From NCBI RefSeq assembly GCF_018350175.1, contig NC_058368.1, forward strand, positions 48,052,001-48,116,000: a stretch of DNA of 64,000 nt. The letters are read 5' to 3'. The notes under the pieces are model-generated. The model was given only the letters and a program-made list of their open reading frames with translations. It had not been told where the DNA came from and made no database searches. Numbering within the stretch: the stretch's first letter is position 1; every line of letters begins with the position of its first letter. The position numbers were made by a program, and so were the translations under genes. This DNA comes from Felis catus. Its lineage: Eukaryota. Shown here piece after piece: positions 12,561-25,280 of this stretch.

Positions 12561-13869
12561 AGAGATGGGGCCAGGTTACAGAAGGGAAATGGTAAGTTGG
12601 CCAGTTTGAATGAAAAAAAATTGAAGAAAGCAAGTGAGGAAGAGGCCAGAGAGGATTAAACTCTTTCTGGAAGACAGGAACCAGGTTTAACAAGATTGCT
12701 TTATCTTGTCAGTATGTACTTGGAGTGATGCGCAAACCTCACAAATCACAAGTGTAGATCAATAGGCCAGAAAATATATTTATGGAAGACATGGTGGTGG
12801 TAGTAATGGTGATGCTGTTGGAGGTGATGAGGACTGTGGTGATCTGGTGTTAGGGCTGATAGAAGAGGAAGAGAGGACACAGTAGGAAAGGCAGAGTATT
12901 GGGAAGGGAATGGAGATTCCACGTTTTTCCTGTACCACATTATTGGTGAAAGTCTATCAATTCTACGTAAGGAATGCAGCATCAAAGGTGGTATTGCACA
13001 GGGGAGATCATGAAATTGATAATACAGTAGATTTAATAGTCAGCTAAACTAATTAAAGAAGGCTATGAATCTAATGAATGTGATCAGGCCTCTTTCAAAC
13101 AAAAGAAGACCCAATTAAAGACACGTAAAACTGCTAACAAGGGAACAACCTAAGATATATAATTAACCTGTAGAACTTAGTGTCAGAGGATAGAATTAAT
13201 GGATAGTATTAATTTAAGTAGAACTGTAAGATGTAAAAAGCATTTGGCACTTACATGAATAAACAATGTTATTAGTATCTAATATCCCAAGAGATAAGTA
13301 TCATTATCATTTGTTAATGTCACTTAAGATACTGAAATACATATTCTATTGCTTCCCTTATGAAGTTCAATAAATATAAGAATCTTACATTATACAGGCT
13401 TGAGTTAATTAGGAGTTACATGAATTCCATAGTGCAACATTGTTGAAATAAATAGAATCGACATAACAATTAATCTATGTTTTTGTTGCCAGAATTGTTC
13501 TCCCTTTTTTCAGAATTCCCATTAATATTATTTTCAGCTGGTTTTCCATGTCCCTACAATGGTTTCCATTATTGCCCTAGGGACATTATTCTTTAAAAGA
13601 ATAGTTGTTGCTGTATAGCGGCTTTTCTTTACTCATTGGCTTCTTTCTTTCTTATCCATCAACTAAATCTGAAGTCCATATGTACATTCTTCAAAAAAAA
13701 AAAAAAAGGCAAAAGTTCTTAAGTCTTATATATATATTTATTTCTTCCTTCTAATTGGTGCAATTCCATATTCTTGAATCCTTTTTTCCTAAGCTGATTT
13801 CTTGCGTGTATTCATTAGTTTGACAAACATTTTGGGATGCTGACAGAAGGTTTGGAATGGCAGAGGGAG

Positions 13870-14075
13870 GGATGGCTTTGGAATATGACAGGTCAATGTT
13901 TAGATTCTGGCTATGGTGCATAACATCCAGGTGGCCTTGGACAAGTTGTTTGACCAACTTGAATCTTGTCCTTCATTTGTGAAAGTGGGTGGAAATGCCT
14001 CCCTAGCAGGTTTCTTGTGAAGATTCAAGACAATGTCTGTCTAGTGTCCATATGATGGACACTCAAGAGGTGTAA
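13870..14075 (+). mobile_element. MIR
   Basis: 'atggctttggaat...gtggccttggacaagttgttt...cttcatttgtgaaagtggg'. Confidence 0.7.
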
Positions 14076-15839
14076 GCATTTGGGGCTATTTTCCTTACTC
14101 TGTGGCAAATGCACTGGCCTACTTTAGTTTTGCACTATTGTGCCTTAGGGAAGAATTCAGAGCAAAGTGTCTTTTAGCTTTTTTTCATTTCTGCTGCTGC
14201 TTCTTGCTTTTTATATATTTTACTTCCGGAATCTCATTTCATGCCTAACTAGACTCCGAGTCTCATCAGGAGACTCCCAGGGCTCCTGTCTATTTTCCAG
14301 AGTTGGTATATTTGTGCTGGCTGACTAGGCTACAGGGAAGGCCACCCCTGCATCCTCGGAGAGCTCACTTTGATGCAGACAGTGTTTCCTTGTCCTTTCT
14401 TCCAGATTTATGGGCTATTGTAATGATAGGGAAATAAAAACTTTATTTTATGAAATAATTTTGTTCCTGATTTATAAGAAGGAACTGACTTTGTAAGAAG
14501 GAGATTTCTTCTACTGTAAAGGTTCAAAAAGACATGAATGGTATTTCTGGAATAGTAGAGAAAATTTTATCTGTTTATTGCTGCCTGCAAAATAGATAAA
14601 ATATTATGAAACTGCAACATAACATAAAACGTACCTGCGTGTTTCCTTGTTGCTAGCTTATATTTTTAGTGCTTGGCTGTGTATTAGCTTTGGGTTGTTT
14701 TAGAAGTATGTCAAACAGATAGTGCCCCCAGACTTGAAAATGGGAGAGGAACAGAGAAACATCCCCAGAACGAAGATGAGAAACAGAGATAGGTAGAGAG
14801 TGGAATAAAATACAAGTAGTTAGGGTGCTAGGAATCAGGAAGTCTTGCAAGTTTAACTGACTCAGGGTTTGCAAAGGAACTGCAGTAAGTTTGGAGTCCA
14901 ATGCCTGGTATAGGGCATTAAGGCAATAAATATCTGTTGACTGCTGGCAGCTACATGACATCTTCCAGTTCTCCATACAGAAGAGACCAATCTCTCCTCT
15001 TCCTTTTAGTCAAACCTTATAAAGGAAAAACTTACAACTTCTTTAAACTACTGGAGAGAAAACTTCTACTTTTTCTTTCACCCTTTCCCTCTCAAAGTCT
15101 CGAGAGCAACATCCTGAGGTTAGGGCAAGGAGAGATTGCATGTGTAGCTCAGGGGTGCTAGGCTCCCCCCCCCCTTTTCTGTCTAGTCTCTCTAGAAGGT
15201 GGACACCTCCTGTCCTACTTCTGTCCCTCCCATCAAGGCACACCTGTCTCAGGGCTTAACACTTACTACCAAAAGACAGGTCAGAGGCCTACCTGACCCT
15301 GGGTCCTGATGAGGGCACTCATTCTGTAGTCTCAGACATGCCTCTTCACAGTTCTTCCCACAAAGGTTTCCAGGTCTAGATTTCTGGGAAATTTGAGGGA
15401 AGTCTCTTTCCAACTAAAAACCCAATCTTATTTTCCAGTCCAGGCTTACAACAAAAAGGTATTTGGATTCCTATCTGAGTTTTGAGTATATGTTTCAGTG
15501 GATGTCAGTCTCAGAGAGGGTAAGAGGATAAGGTGTGTTTCATGTTCCTCCTTACAAAATGCAAAACTTCAGACCTCATCATCCCATGGTGAATTCACTG
15601 GGGAAGCTTGAGAAATAGGCCCAAGGGCTAATTTACATCATTATCACTACTATCATCATCAACAACAACAAAAACCCTTGGAGAGATCAAGGCTGTGGGC
15701 TAAGCAGAGGTGGGAGGTGTGGGTGCTTATTAAAACACTGTTCATTGGTCTTTTTTTTTTAATGTAAAGTTTTGATTATATTAGGTTGTTTATTGAACAC
15801 AATGATATAGTCTAAAGTATGGTGTAGCTGTATGAGGCT

Positions 15840-16450
15840 TGTTGAGATGTATGGCAACCCAATGGCTTTCTACCCTTCTCCTTTTCTCCAGTGGAAACCA
15901 CTTCTCAACTCCTATCTATAACTGGTTCTTTTGGTGTTTACCTCCAAATGGTTACTTCTGGATTTTGAACTTATCAACATTTCTTATTGACTTAGGCTTT
16001 ATTTATTGACTTCTCACTTTGGAAAATAAGGATCTGGGTCTGTTTCATACCCCATCTACCTCCACACAAACAACCTTCCTGTGCCCCATTTTCTTAATGT
16101 AGTTACATTGTAATGTTGGCTAGTTCAATCTTCAGGATTGCGTTATTGTGATTGTGAAAGAATTACTGGCAGCTTAATTCTATAGCATAAGGTCATTGCT
16201 GCTCCTTTTCTGCACTACTCTTTGTTTTTTCATGGAATTAGTAATTGTCATTAATTCAAGCCCAAACTCGTGCGTTAGTGCATTAGTTATTCTATCAGTT
16301 TCACTTTTGGAAGATGTCTCTCCTGGAGATGACCAATCTCGCTAGTACAGGCTGGTGCTCTACTGTCATCTTGGGATCTCTTTTCACTATAACCCTGAGG
16401 ACTCTCTTCTATCACTTTTGCACCGAATCCGTTCCTTCTTGGACACTAGG
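15840..16450 (-). mobile_element. Old L1/HAL1-like fragment
   Basis: T-rich decayed LINE-like sequence; family uncertain. Confidence 0.4.
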
Positions 16451-16785
16451 CCTTGTTCTTTGCAAGGAGGACATCCTCCGTTCGTTTCCTGCCTAAAACA
16501 CTCAATCTAGAGGAATCAGATGTTATTTTCCCCAGAGATGAGTCTCTAGCCCTGTAACTCTCCTCAAAGTTAATAGAAGTGAGTTACTTCTTATGATTCA
16601 AGATTTTCCAAGCAATTTTATATTATCACTAGGTTATACTCTCATAATGAGAACCATCCATGAGAACCTTATTGGAATTTAGAGTTTAGTCTATTATGAT
16701 TAAAAACTCAGATTTAATAACACTGAAAACACACACACACACTCCTTTACTTTTGAAAATCCCATATGACGGATTCACGACACAG

Positions 16786-17290
16786 TGTTTCATCTTCCTA
16801 TTGCTGCTGTAACAAGTTATCACAAACTTAAGTGGCTTAAAATAACACAAATTTACTATCTTGCAGTTCTGGAAGTCAGATGTTTGAATTGGCTTTCACT
16901 GGGCTAAAATCAAGGTATGGACATGACTGTGCTCCTTTCTGAAAGTCCTATGGGAGGATCCATTTTTCGCTTTTCTTAGCTTCCAGAAGCTACTTTCAGT
17001 CTTCGGCTTATGGCTCCTTCCATTTTCAAAGCCAGCAAAGACCAGTGGAGTCTTTCTCATGATGTCATCTCCCTGGATCTGACTCTTCTGTTTCCCTTTT
17101 CCCATTTTCCCCTAGTGCGATTACACTAGGCCCACCCAGGTAATCCAGGATGACATTCTTTTAAGTTCAGCTGATTAGCAAATTTAACTTCATCTACAAG
17201 TTTGATTCCTTCTTATCACGTGATGTAAAATAATCACAGGTTTGGCGGATCAGCACATGGACATCTTTGAGTGGCCATTCTGCTGCAACA
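16786..17290 (-). mobile_element. MLT1C/D-type solo LTR (ERVL-MaLR)
   Basis: 'ttcctattgctgctgtaacaagttatcacaaactt...gcagttctggaagtcaga...gggctaaaatcaaggt...tggacatctttg'; TG...CA termini. Confidence 0.9.
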
Positions 17291-18399
17291 TGCAGGAACT
17301 CTTTTTTCCTCTAAAATGCATTCATTTTTGAAATAGATATGACAGTCTTTAACTTTGCACCCTGAAACTATTGATTTAACGGCATAGGACAAAAAATGAA
17401 CAATAATTCATTCAATCCAAATTTGGGCAATTTAAGTCGGCAAACAGCTGGGACCCTGCGTTTGTCCTCAGTTTACCAACTTCTTTGGTCTTGATAAAAA
17501 CAGATACTTTTCCACCATCATAATCTAGACAGAGAAAATATTTTAAACCACTTGGTCCTCAAAAAAAAAACCTCAGTATAAGTGGTTTAATTCATTTGAT
17601 AGAAATACAAACTTTTACATTCTTCACAGTACTTTGGGTGGTTTTACTTACAGATTTATTTCATACAATTGATTGAAAATAAAGTTATTCGTGTCATTAT
17701 ACCAACACTGAAAAGAATTCTAACAGCAGTATACACCACACAAAATAACAACACACACACACACACACACACATACACAACCACATACCTCTCTATTGTT
17801 AATAGTCTAGAAGTCAGAGTCAAAATGGAAAGATTTGTTGTAAAGATATTAACACACTAATAATCAATCATAGATTATTGCTTCAAGACATACATTGAAA
17901 GTTAAAATAGCAGGCATTTTCCAGGAAAATGAATATGTAATACTCTAAAGGGCTGCATCTTTCTTTGGTCCTTCTAATAGGCTCATGGTTTCATTTCCTT
18001 TGTTTTGCTCAAGTCAGTAATGCAAATGTTAAGCTCCCTCTCTCTATTAGTGCCCCTTTACAGTAAGTTGATACTTTGGAGCTTTTAAGTGGACCTAAAT
18101 GGTTTTTAGACATTTTCATTTCTGTTTTCTACCAACCAGGAAGGCCCTAAGGGTGGAGAGTCATGCCTTCTTTGCAATTCTTCACAGTTCCTATAGAGTT
18201 TATTACAAACTTAGATTTTTGTTATTCACTCGGGAATATAATAGTTGGTGAGTAGTTGCCTGTAGAAATGAACAGGGAAAGAAACATTGTTTACATGGGG
18301 AAATGGTATAACTTCTAAACTACTAAAGTACATTTTTGAAGCCCATTTTTGAGTTGAGACTCAGAGTGTAGAAAACTAAAGGTTTTATAAGATATCTTT

Positions 18400-18604
18400 T
18401 TTTAACGTTTATTTATTTTTGAGACGGAGAGAGACAGAGCATGAACGGGGGAGGGGCAGAGAGAGGGAGACACAGAATCTGAAACAGGCTCCAGGCTCTG
18501 AGCTGTCAGCACAGAGCCCGACGCGGGGCTCGAACTCACGGAACGTGAGATCATGACCTGAGCCGAAGTCGGCCGCTTAACCGACTGAGCCACCCAGGCG
18601 CCCC
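18400..18604 (-). mobile_element. Young Can-SINE (SINEC_Fc type)
   Basis: Near-consensus and CpG-rich; TSD ataagatatcttt at 18387-18399 and 18605-18617. Confidence 0.97.
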
Positions 18605-19664
18605 ATAAGATATCTTTATCTAGGATTATTTTACTTTAAATTAGTGATGCTGTCTCTCTGAGCCCAATGGTTCAAGAATCAATTAAAATATGTTAGAGTT
18701 AAGCTTGCAACCACTCATTCTGTCCCACTCCCCAAGTTTCTAATTGTTTTGGGTGCCTGATTTAGAGACACTTTATAAAACGTGATGGTTTTCTAAGCTA
18801 TAAACTAACAGGCAACTCAGAATATGTGTGTGGGTCATCTTCTATCTCCAAAGTTGGTGAAGTAAATTGCAGCAAATGACTCATTTCTCACAGCTCCAGC
18901 ATGTTAAATCAATGAGTGTGTTTGCTTGACTCTTGTCTCCTAATGAGCTGAAACAGATAGAACATTTCTCATGCATCCAGATGGGATTATTTTGGAAAGT
19001 AAACTAATGCACATGCCCACACAAAATTCCTCTGCTATCTCTGGCCAGATTCTGTTAGCTGCTCCCCAAGATGATTTACCGGCCATATGAGACTGAGCTG
19101 CTCCTGAATGTTATTGGCACCATAGGAATTCTTCCAGAAGACAAATTTTTCTATTTTCCTTTGTTCAGTTTAATAATTTTATGTACAATATTTTTTTTGG
19201 AGATTTTAGATATTGTGTTTGTATGTGTACCTATGAGTGTGGGGGAGGTTTACGTTTTATTACAGCGGGTGGAACTGTATGTTAGTACAGTTGTTTGACT
19301 TTGGATTGATTATTTATGTCAATGATTGCTAACATTTAAAATTATTTCACAAAGTTTACTCCCCTTAATATGTAAAATTCTCTTATGAGTCACTAAGAAA
19401 AAGTACAAACAATCCAAAAGAGAAAAGGAATTTCCTTTGGTTATGTAAACCGGAGCAACTTCTAGAGGCATTTTTCAATTTGTACCAAAAGTGTGATAAA
19501 ATATACTTTCTGTGCTGCCAGCAGTTACACTTCTAAGATCATATACTAAGGAATTAGTTTATAATAGCCATAGGTCAAATCTTAACACAAGTTTCGCTAC
19601 AAGGCTATTTATTAAAAATAAACACAAAGGCTTGAAATAACCCAACTGCCCCCAAATAAGGAAT

Positions 19665-20055
19665 TGGTCCATGTTAGCTCAGGCCCTCCAAAAACAGAAG
19701 CCAAGATAAAATTAGCAATACAAGACGTTTATTAGGGTAAATGGCAGTGAGGGGAAAATGCAGAGGGAGAACCATCACATCGCAATGCAGGTCTCACCCT
19801 TGTGAGAGAGAGGGGGAAGGAAGGAAGTTTGAGCGAAAGAGCTTTAGACAGTAGTGCAGTTGAACAGTTTTGGCGAGGTTGAGAGCTCTTAAGCCAAATT
19901 GCCTATCAAAGAAGTCCTGTGTCTCTCAGGAATGCTCATGGGAAATGTGACCTTTGCTCAGATTCAGTGGTGATTCAGAGAGCAGCAGCTGAAACCGTCA
20001 GTCAATTATACTCTATGCAACAGGAGATTTGAGAAGAGTATTTTTACAGATACCA
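19665..20055 (-). mobile_element. LTR16-family (ERVL) solo LTR within an old L1 fragment
   Basis: 'aacagaagccaagat...tttattagg...gcaggtctcacccttgtga...agccaaattgcctatcaaagaagtcctgtgtctc...gcagcagctg...gtcagtcaatta'. Confidence 0.7.
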
Positions 20056-20333
20056 AGTGTTAAGCAAGTTTTGGCATGACCGCATATGGATTTAATCATT
20101 ACAGTGAACTGAAGGAGATGAATGTTGACAAGGGAAAATATTATAATTTATTTTTCTTCACAATTCTGTGTTTAAATTTATAATTAAAATATTAATTCAC
20201 TTAAAATTTTAATTAACTTTATATCCTTTATCATATACATAAAGTAACCACAGATCATCTTTATACCTTTTAAAATTTGGGAAAAAGAGACAACTGAGAT
20301 TCGAAAATGCACTAGAAAGACACTGCAAAGACA

Positions 20334-20540
20334 GGGGCGCCTGGATCGCTCAGTTGGTTAAGCATCTGAGTCTTGATCTCGGCTCAGGTCATGATCTCAA
20401 GGTTTGTGAGATGGAGCCCCCTTGGGATTCTCTCTTCCTCTCTGCTCCTCCCTGGCTCGTGTGCTCTCTCGTATGCCCTCTCGCGTGCTCTATCTCTCTC
20501 TCTCTCAAAATAAATAAATAAATCAATAAATATTTTTAAA
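20334..20540 (+). mobile_element. Can-SINE with internal deletion
   Basis: Head ggggcgcctgga; segment between 'gagcccc' and 'cttgggattc' is missing; degenerate TSD actagaaaga(c/a)act(g/a)caaagaca. Confidence 0.92.
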
Positions 20541-21231
20541 AACTAGAAAGAAACTACAAAGACAATTCAGTCACTTCACATTTACTATAATTTTTGCTTT
20601 CCTAACCTTTGATGCTAAGTTTTAATCACAATAATGAGAAAGGAACTTATGAAATTCCATATTGAGCACAGGTCAGTCATACATGAATATTAAATTGAGA
20701 AAAGTATTCCAGTTAAAGTATAAGGCTATAACTGAGGTTATTGCTTTAAAATATTTTAAAATACAATTCCTCTTATTTTTCTGGAAAAGACATGAAGTAT
20801 GTGCGGTGGATACAAGGCTAAATAGAGAAACAGACTTGTCGATTACTTAGACTTTATATTGCACATAGGAAAGGCCAGGGGAATAACAGGGTACAATGAC
20901 TAATAGCAGTAATGAGTAATACCAGTTCACACTATGATGAATCTGGGACCTTCTCTTTCTGACCATGGCATGTATGCACAGAAGATCAGCACCCCCCCCA
21001 AGGGTGAGGAGAATAGGTGGAGAACAGGAAAACCCTCCTGCTGAGGTAGGATTTTAAATATGTCTGCTCTGTTCTGTGTTCCCACACATCCACCTGTGAA
21101 GTACATCATTCAGTGATGATTAATAATTTCTGTGACGATGACCTTTGTATACATGCCAATTTGCAATTAGCTACTTCAGATGGAAAAATGGAATTTTAGA
21201 GCTGGAAGCAACCTTAGATTACACTAGTCCC

Positions 21232-21683
21232 ATGATAGTCTATGAACAAGAGTCCCATGGTCAAATAAGCTTACATATTATTACATGGTACAGCCCCTCC
21301 ACTTATGATAGTAATTAGTATATTAAAAGATATGAGAAATCTTGTTGTAAAACTCCATTTGATTTTTAAAATACAGTATTTCTTTTAAAAAAGATTTTTG
21401 TTTAGTGTTTATTCTTGAGAGAGAGACACAGAGCGTGAGTGGGGGAGGAGCAGGAGAGAGGGAGACACAGAATCCGAAGCGGGCTCTGGGCTCCGAGCTG
21501 TCAGCACAGAGCCCGACGTGGGGCTCGAACCCACGAACCGTGAGATAATGACCTGAGCCGAAGTCGGACGCTCAACCGACTGAGCCACCCATGCGCCCCA
21601 AAGTACAGTATTTCTAAATAAAAGCAAAAATCTTCCTCCATGTAAATCTCATGTTTCTTCATGAGACACACTGTGGGAAACCA
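21232..21683. mobile_element. MER103C-like hAT DNA transposon split by a Can-SINE
   Basis: 'cccatggtcaaataagctt' and 'acacactgtgggaaacc'. Confidence 0.55.
21384..21599 (-). mobile_element. Can-SINE
   Basis: Full body; TSD aa(a/g)tacagtatttct. Confidence 0.96.
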
Positions 21684-22862
21684 GAATCTTATCCTATCTT
21701 TTCATTTTTATGTGAAAACTGAGCGAAAAGGGTTCAATTTACCTGCCCACAGTCACATAACTGGGTTCTGGAAGATGGTGCTAAGACCAAAGCTGGCTGG
21801 CTCAACAGTGCTACTGTTAAAGGTCACGTGGCCTTTTTGCCATCTTTAGGTAAAGGTAGTTAAACTAAGTAGACCTTTGGGAACTTGGATAAAAACATCT
21901 ACAATAGCTGATTCAGAAAGTATCCAAATATTGTGAAGTGTACCAAAATGACAAGTAGAAAATAAGATTCGTCCTCGTCTTCCTTCCTCCTCAGCTACTG
22001 TTTTCAGGATGTGTTTTAGATTATTGGGCTGAAGAGCAAATTTCCTTGAGGAGCTGCTTCTGAGTAGCAACGTATTAATTGCTTCTGAAACGATTTTGAG
22101 TTATGTTTCTTTTATTGGATTCCATTGTGGAATCCTACAGAGTGTGCTGCTTTTTCTTCGATGCTTTTAGAGTTATTATGAAGGCATCTATTTGGCCAAG
22201 TGGAAAGCAGACTGAAACGCAACCCTCTAAATGTACGCTTTGGGGTGATTGTAGATTCTTCATTTCCTAAGGGAGACTGAGCATCTGGACCCTCAGGTTG
22301 CCCCTTCTCCTGCCTTGAACACTGAACTAATTTCCCAGAAGATTAGAAGTAGATTGATGTGAGGGTGTGCAGGCTGGGGGTCAGACCATAGGCTAACTGG
22401 CTCTTCCAGTTGTTGATGTTTTTGTTAAAGTTTCCAGTGATCTTGATGCCTCATGTTGAGTAAGAGATCCAAGAATGTAGCCAGGTCGCTGGACTGAGAC
22501 CAACTATACAAATTCTGAAGCTCTGCTGGGTTTGCACCAAGAAACACAGGTGGTCTTACCGAGCCACTTCAATCCCAGCCTGGCCCGAGAAGAGCAGCAA
22601 ATACCTGGGCGTGTTTATTATTCTCTAACAAATATTTTCCCATTTATTTCATTTTTAAAACAACCAAAGACAAAGCTTATTCAGCTGTAAAAATGAATTT
22701 ATGTCTTGATTCGGTTGACTTTCCTTTTGTATTTTTCTCGGCAAAAGGGAAAGTGCTGGGAAATGGTAATTATTTGTACAAGGCCATCAATTAAGGAGCC
22801 CTTAAAAGAAAGTGTAACCTGACATTTTTTGCAGGGGGTGGAATAAGGGTCTCCTGGCTTAC

Positions 22863-23052
22863 TCAATTATTTCTGGACTCTTCCACAAAGACCCTCTGAA
22901 TGTTTGTTTCCACAGAGATCTCGACAAACACTGGAGACTCATCAACCGGAGTGAATTCCCTCAGTGAAATCGCTATCCTCTGCCAAGAATCAAAGGTCAT
23001 CCCAGTGGAGTGCCGTCTTCGTGTTCAGCCGCTACGGAGTGTCTGGAACAGA
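22863..23052. other. Candidate conserved exon; strand unresolved
   Basis: No repeat recognised; 7 CpGs in 137 bp. Minus: acceptor TTTTTGTTCTCACTCTGTTCCAG, donor TGA|GTAAGC (22863-23042). Plus: acceptor tgtttgtttccacag, donor AGA|GTGAGA (22916-23052). Confidence 0.4.
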
Positions 23053-23484
23053 GTGAGAACAAAAATTATCCCAGTTTGGTGCCCCCTGACTCTTTCGGGA
23101 AGAATCCCAACAAGACTGCCACCGGGAGTTCAGAGAACACATTTGAAGACTGGGGAAGGGCCAGGCTAAACAAGGGAGAATAGTGATGTAAAGACAATAA
23201 GATAAAGGAAATAAATGACTCAAAGACAAGTTTTAAGCCAATATTTACACCCATATTGCCATATTTACAGCTTAAACACTATGCCCCGAACATGCAGGAA
23301 GTAAGTTTTTATGAGTCTCTTAATGAATGTTAAGTCAATAATATCCCAAACAATGGGCCCCAGTGAACTTTCTTATGAAGGCCATTCAAGTGAGTTATTC
23401 AAATGTAGTCAGCTGAACTCTGTAATGCACATTTGTAGAAAAGAGATTTTCAAATTAGCCATTTCTGATATGACAGAAAGCTTT

Positions 23485-23703
23485 CTATTTCTTATTTTAT
23501 TCATTTTAAAATGTATTTATTTTTGAGAGAAAGAGAGAAAGAGACAGAAAGGGCAGAGAGGGAGAGGGAGACAGAGTATCCCAAGCAGGCTCCGCACTCT
23601 CAATGCAGAGACTGACGCAGGGCTTGAACCCGTGAACTGGGATCATGACCCGAATTGAAATCACACGTCGAACACTTAGGCAACTGAGCCACCCACGTGC
23701 CCC
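23485..23703 (-). mobile_element. Can-SINE
   Basis: Full body; TSD ga(c/t)agaaagcttt. Confidence 0.95.
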
Positions 23704-24882
23704 GATAGAAAGCTTTTTAGACCATGACATAGAATTAGGAGAAATTATCAAAAGAAGCCATGGCATAGAATTAGGAGACTTCTATAATGCCTGACTAAAA
23801 ACATCTACACAGCAGATTTTACTGTCGACAGAAGCAGTGGTCAAAGAACAGGTGCCACCATCACCATCATCGTAAGAGAATAATTACCCATGCAGATAAA
23901 ACTAATTAAAGGACCAATTAGCAAAATAATATGCACAACTGGAAAGTTTGCGGCAGCCAGGCAACTGAGCAGATAGAATGGATGGGATCAATGGCTTGGT
24001 GCCACGCAATCAGGAACTGCTTTTTTTTTTTTTTTCTTTCTGGTCTTAGAGACATCTGACCTATATTGGCTCATTAGCAGGTCCAGATGAATGATCAATA
24101 AGGCAGAAACACTCTGATCTCATAAAACACAAGCCCAGCAAAACTACCACTCAACTCTTTGATCTTAGTGAGATGCTCAGATAGCACTTCTAAAACTTGT
24201 ATTTATTTTTTGGGTGCCCCATTGTTCAGTCTCCTCTGGTTGCATTTATAAGTGTAATAGCAAATGACAGTCCTGCCAGTCCTCCTTAAAATGTCAAAGA
24301 CCACGTAAAACAAACCTCATTCAGAGACATTCCCCTCATGTGCATATCGTGCTAGACAACCAGCATCACAGAGGGACCTCATATTTTGAGCCCATTCAGT
24401 CTTGGAAATTCTGACTTTATAAGAAAAAAAACACCTTCTGATCGCAAGAAGATAGTACTCTGATGGCTCACATACAAATTAGTAGAAAATTATTGTCTCT
24501 GCTGATAGTCAAACAGAGCATCACATCCAATTCTCGACCTGGAAAGACTCAAACTTCATTGTCACTCAATTTAGACGAAAACCTTATTATCACTTAATGT
24601 AAAGAGAAAGTTGTTTATATAGCTTCTACCCTTTCTTAAAAGGAAAATGTCATTATTCAGGCAAATGTTACTGTAGAGTTGTAGAGGTAAAACCATTGGT
24701 GATAAATATAGATTCAAATGCTGGCTGGGGAATAGTGTGGGGCCTGTGTAGGCCACAAAGGTATAAATACATCTCTCCGGGCCTCAGTTAGCTCACGGAC
24801 AAGACTACCATAGTCTCTGTCTCTTAGAGTTCTAGTAACAATGAAATATTTGTGCATACGAAATTAGGGAGCTCTTTGCCTG

Positions 24883-25280
24883 GTTATTTATTTATTTTGA
24901 GAGAGAAAGAGAGAGTGCGTGTGCGTGTGTGTGCTTGAGAGGGGTAGGGGCAGAGATATGGGACTGGAACCCATGAGCCTCAAGATCACTGAGCCAAAGT
25001 CAGACTCTTTTTTTTTTTTACGTGTATTTATTTTTGAGACAGAGAGAGAGAGAGCATAAACAGGGGAGGGTCAGAGAAAGAGGGAGACACAGAATCTGAA
25101 ACAGGCTCTAGGCTCTGAGCTGTCAGCACAGAGCCTGACGCAGGGCTCGAACCCACGGACCGTGAAATCATGACCTGAGCCGAAGTCGGACGCTTAACCG
25201 ACATCGGACGCTTAACCGACTGAGCCACCCAGGCGCCCCCAAAGTCAGACTCTTAACTGACTGAGCCACACAGGCACCCA
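24883..25280 (-). mobile_element. Older Can-SINE hosting a nested younger one
   Basis: Tail and body 24883-25009; head 25240-25280. Confidence 0.88.
25010..25239 (-). mobile_element. Young Can-SINE nested in an older SINE
   Basis: TSD caaagtcagactctt at 24995-25009 and 25240-25254. Confidence 0.96.

Noticed and set aside
21105..21185. Possible C/D box snoRNA (GTGATGA)
   Set aside because: No terminal CTGA D box or closing stem at a suitable distance.
22117..22135. Inverted repeat GGATTCCA-ttg-TGGAATCC (similar 8-bp stem at ~1673-1692)
   Set aside because: 8-bp stems are expected by chance and are too short for a pre-miRNA.
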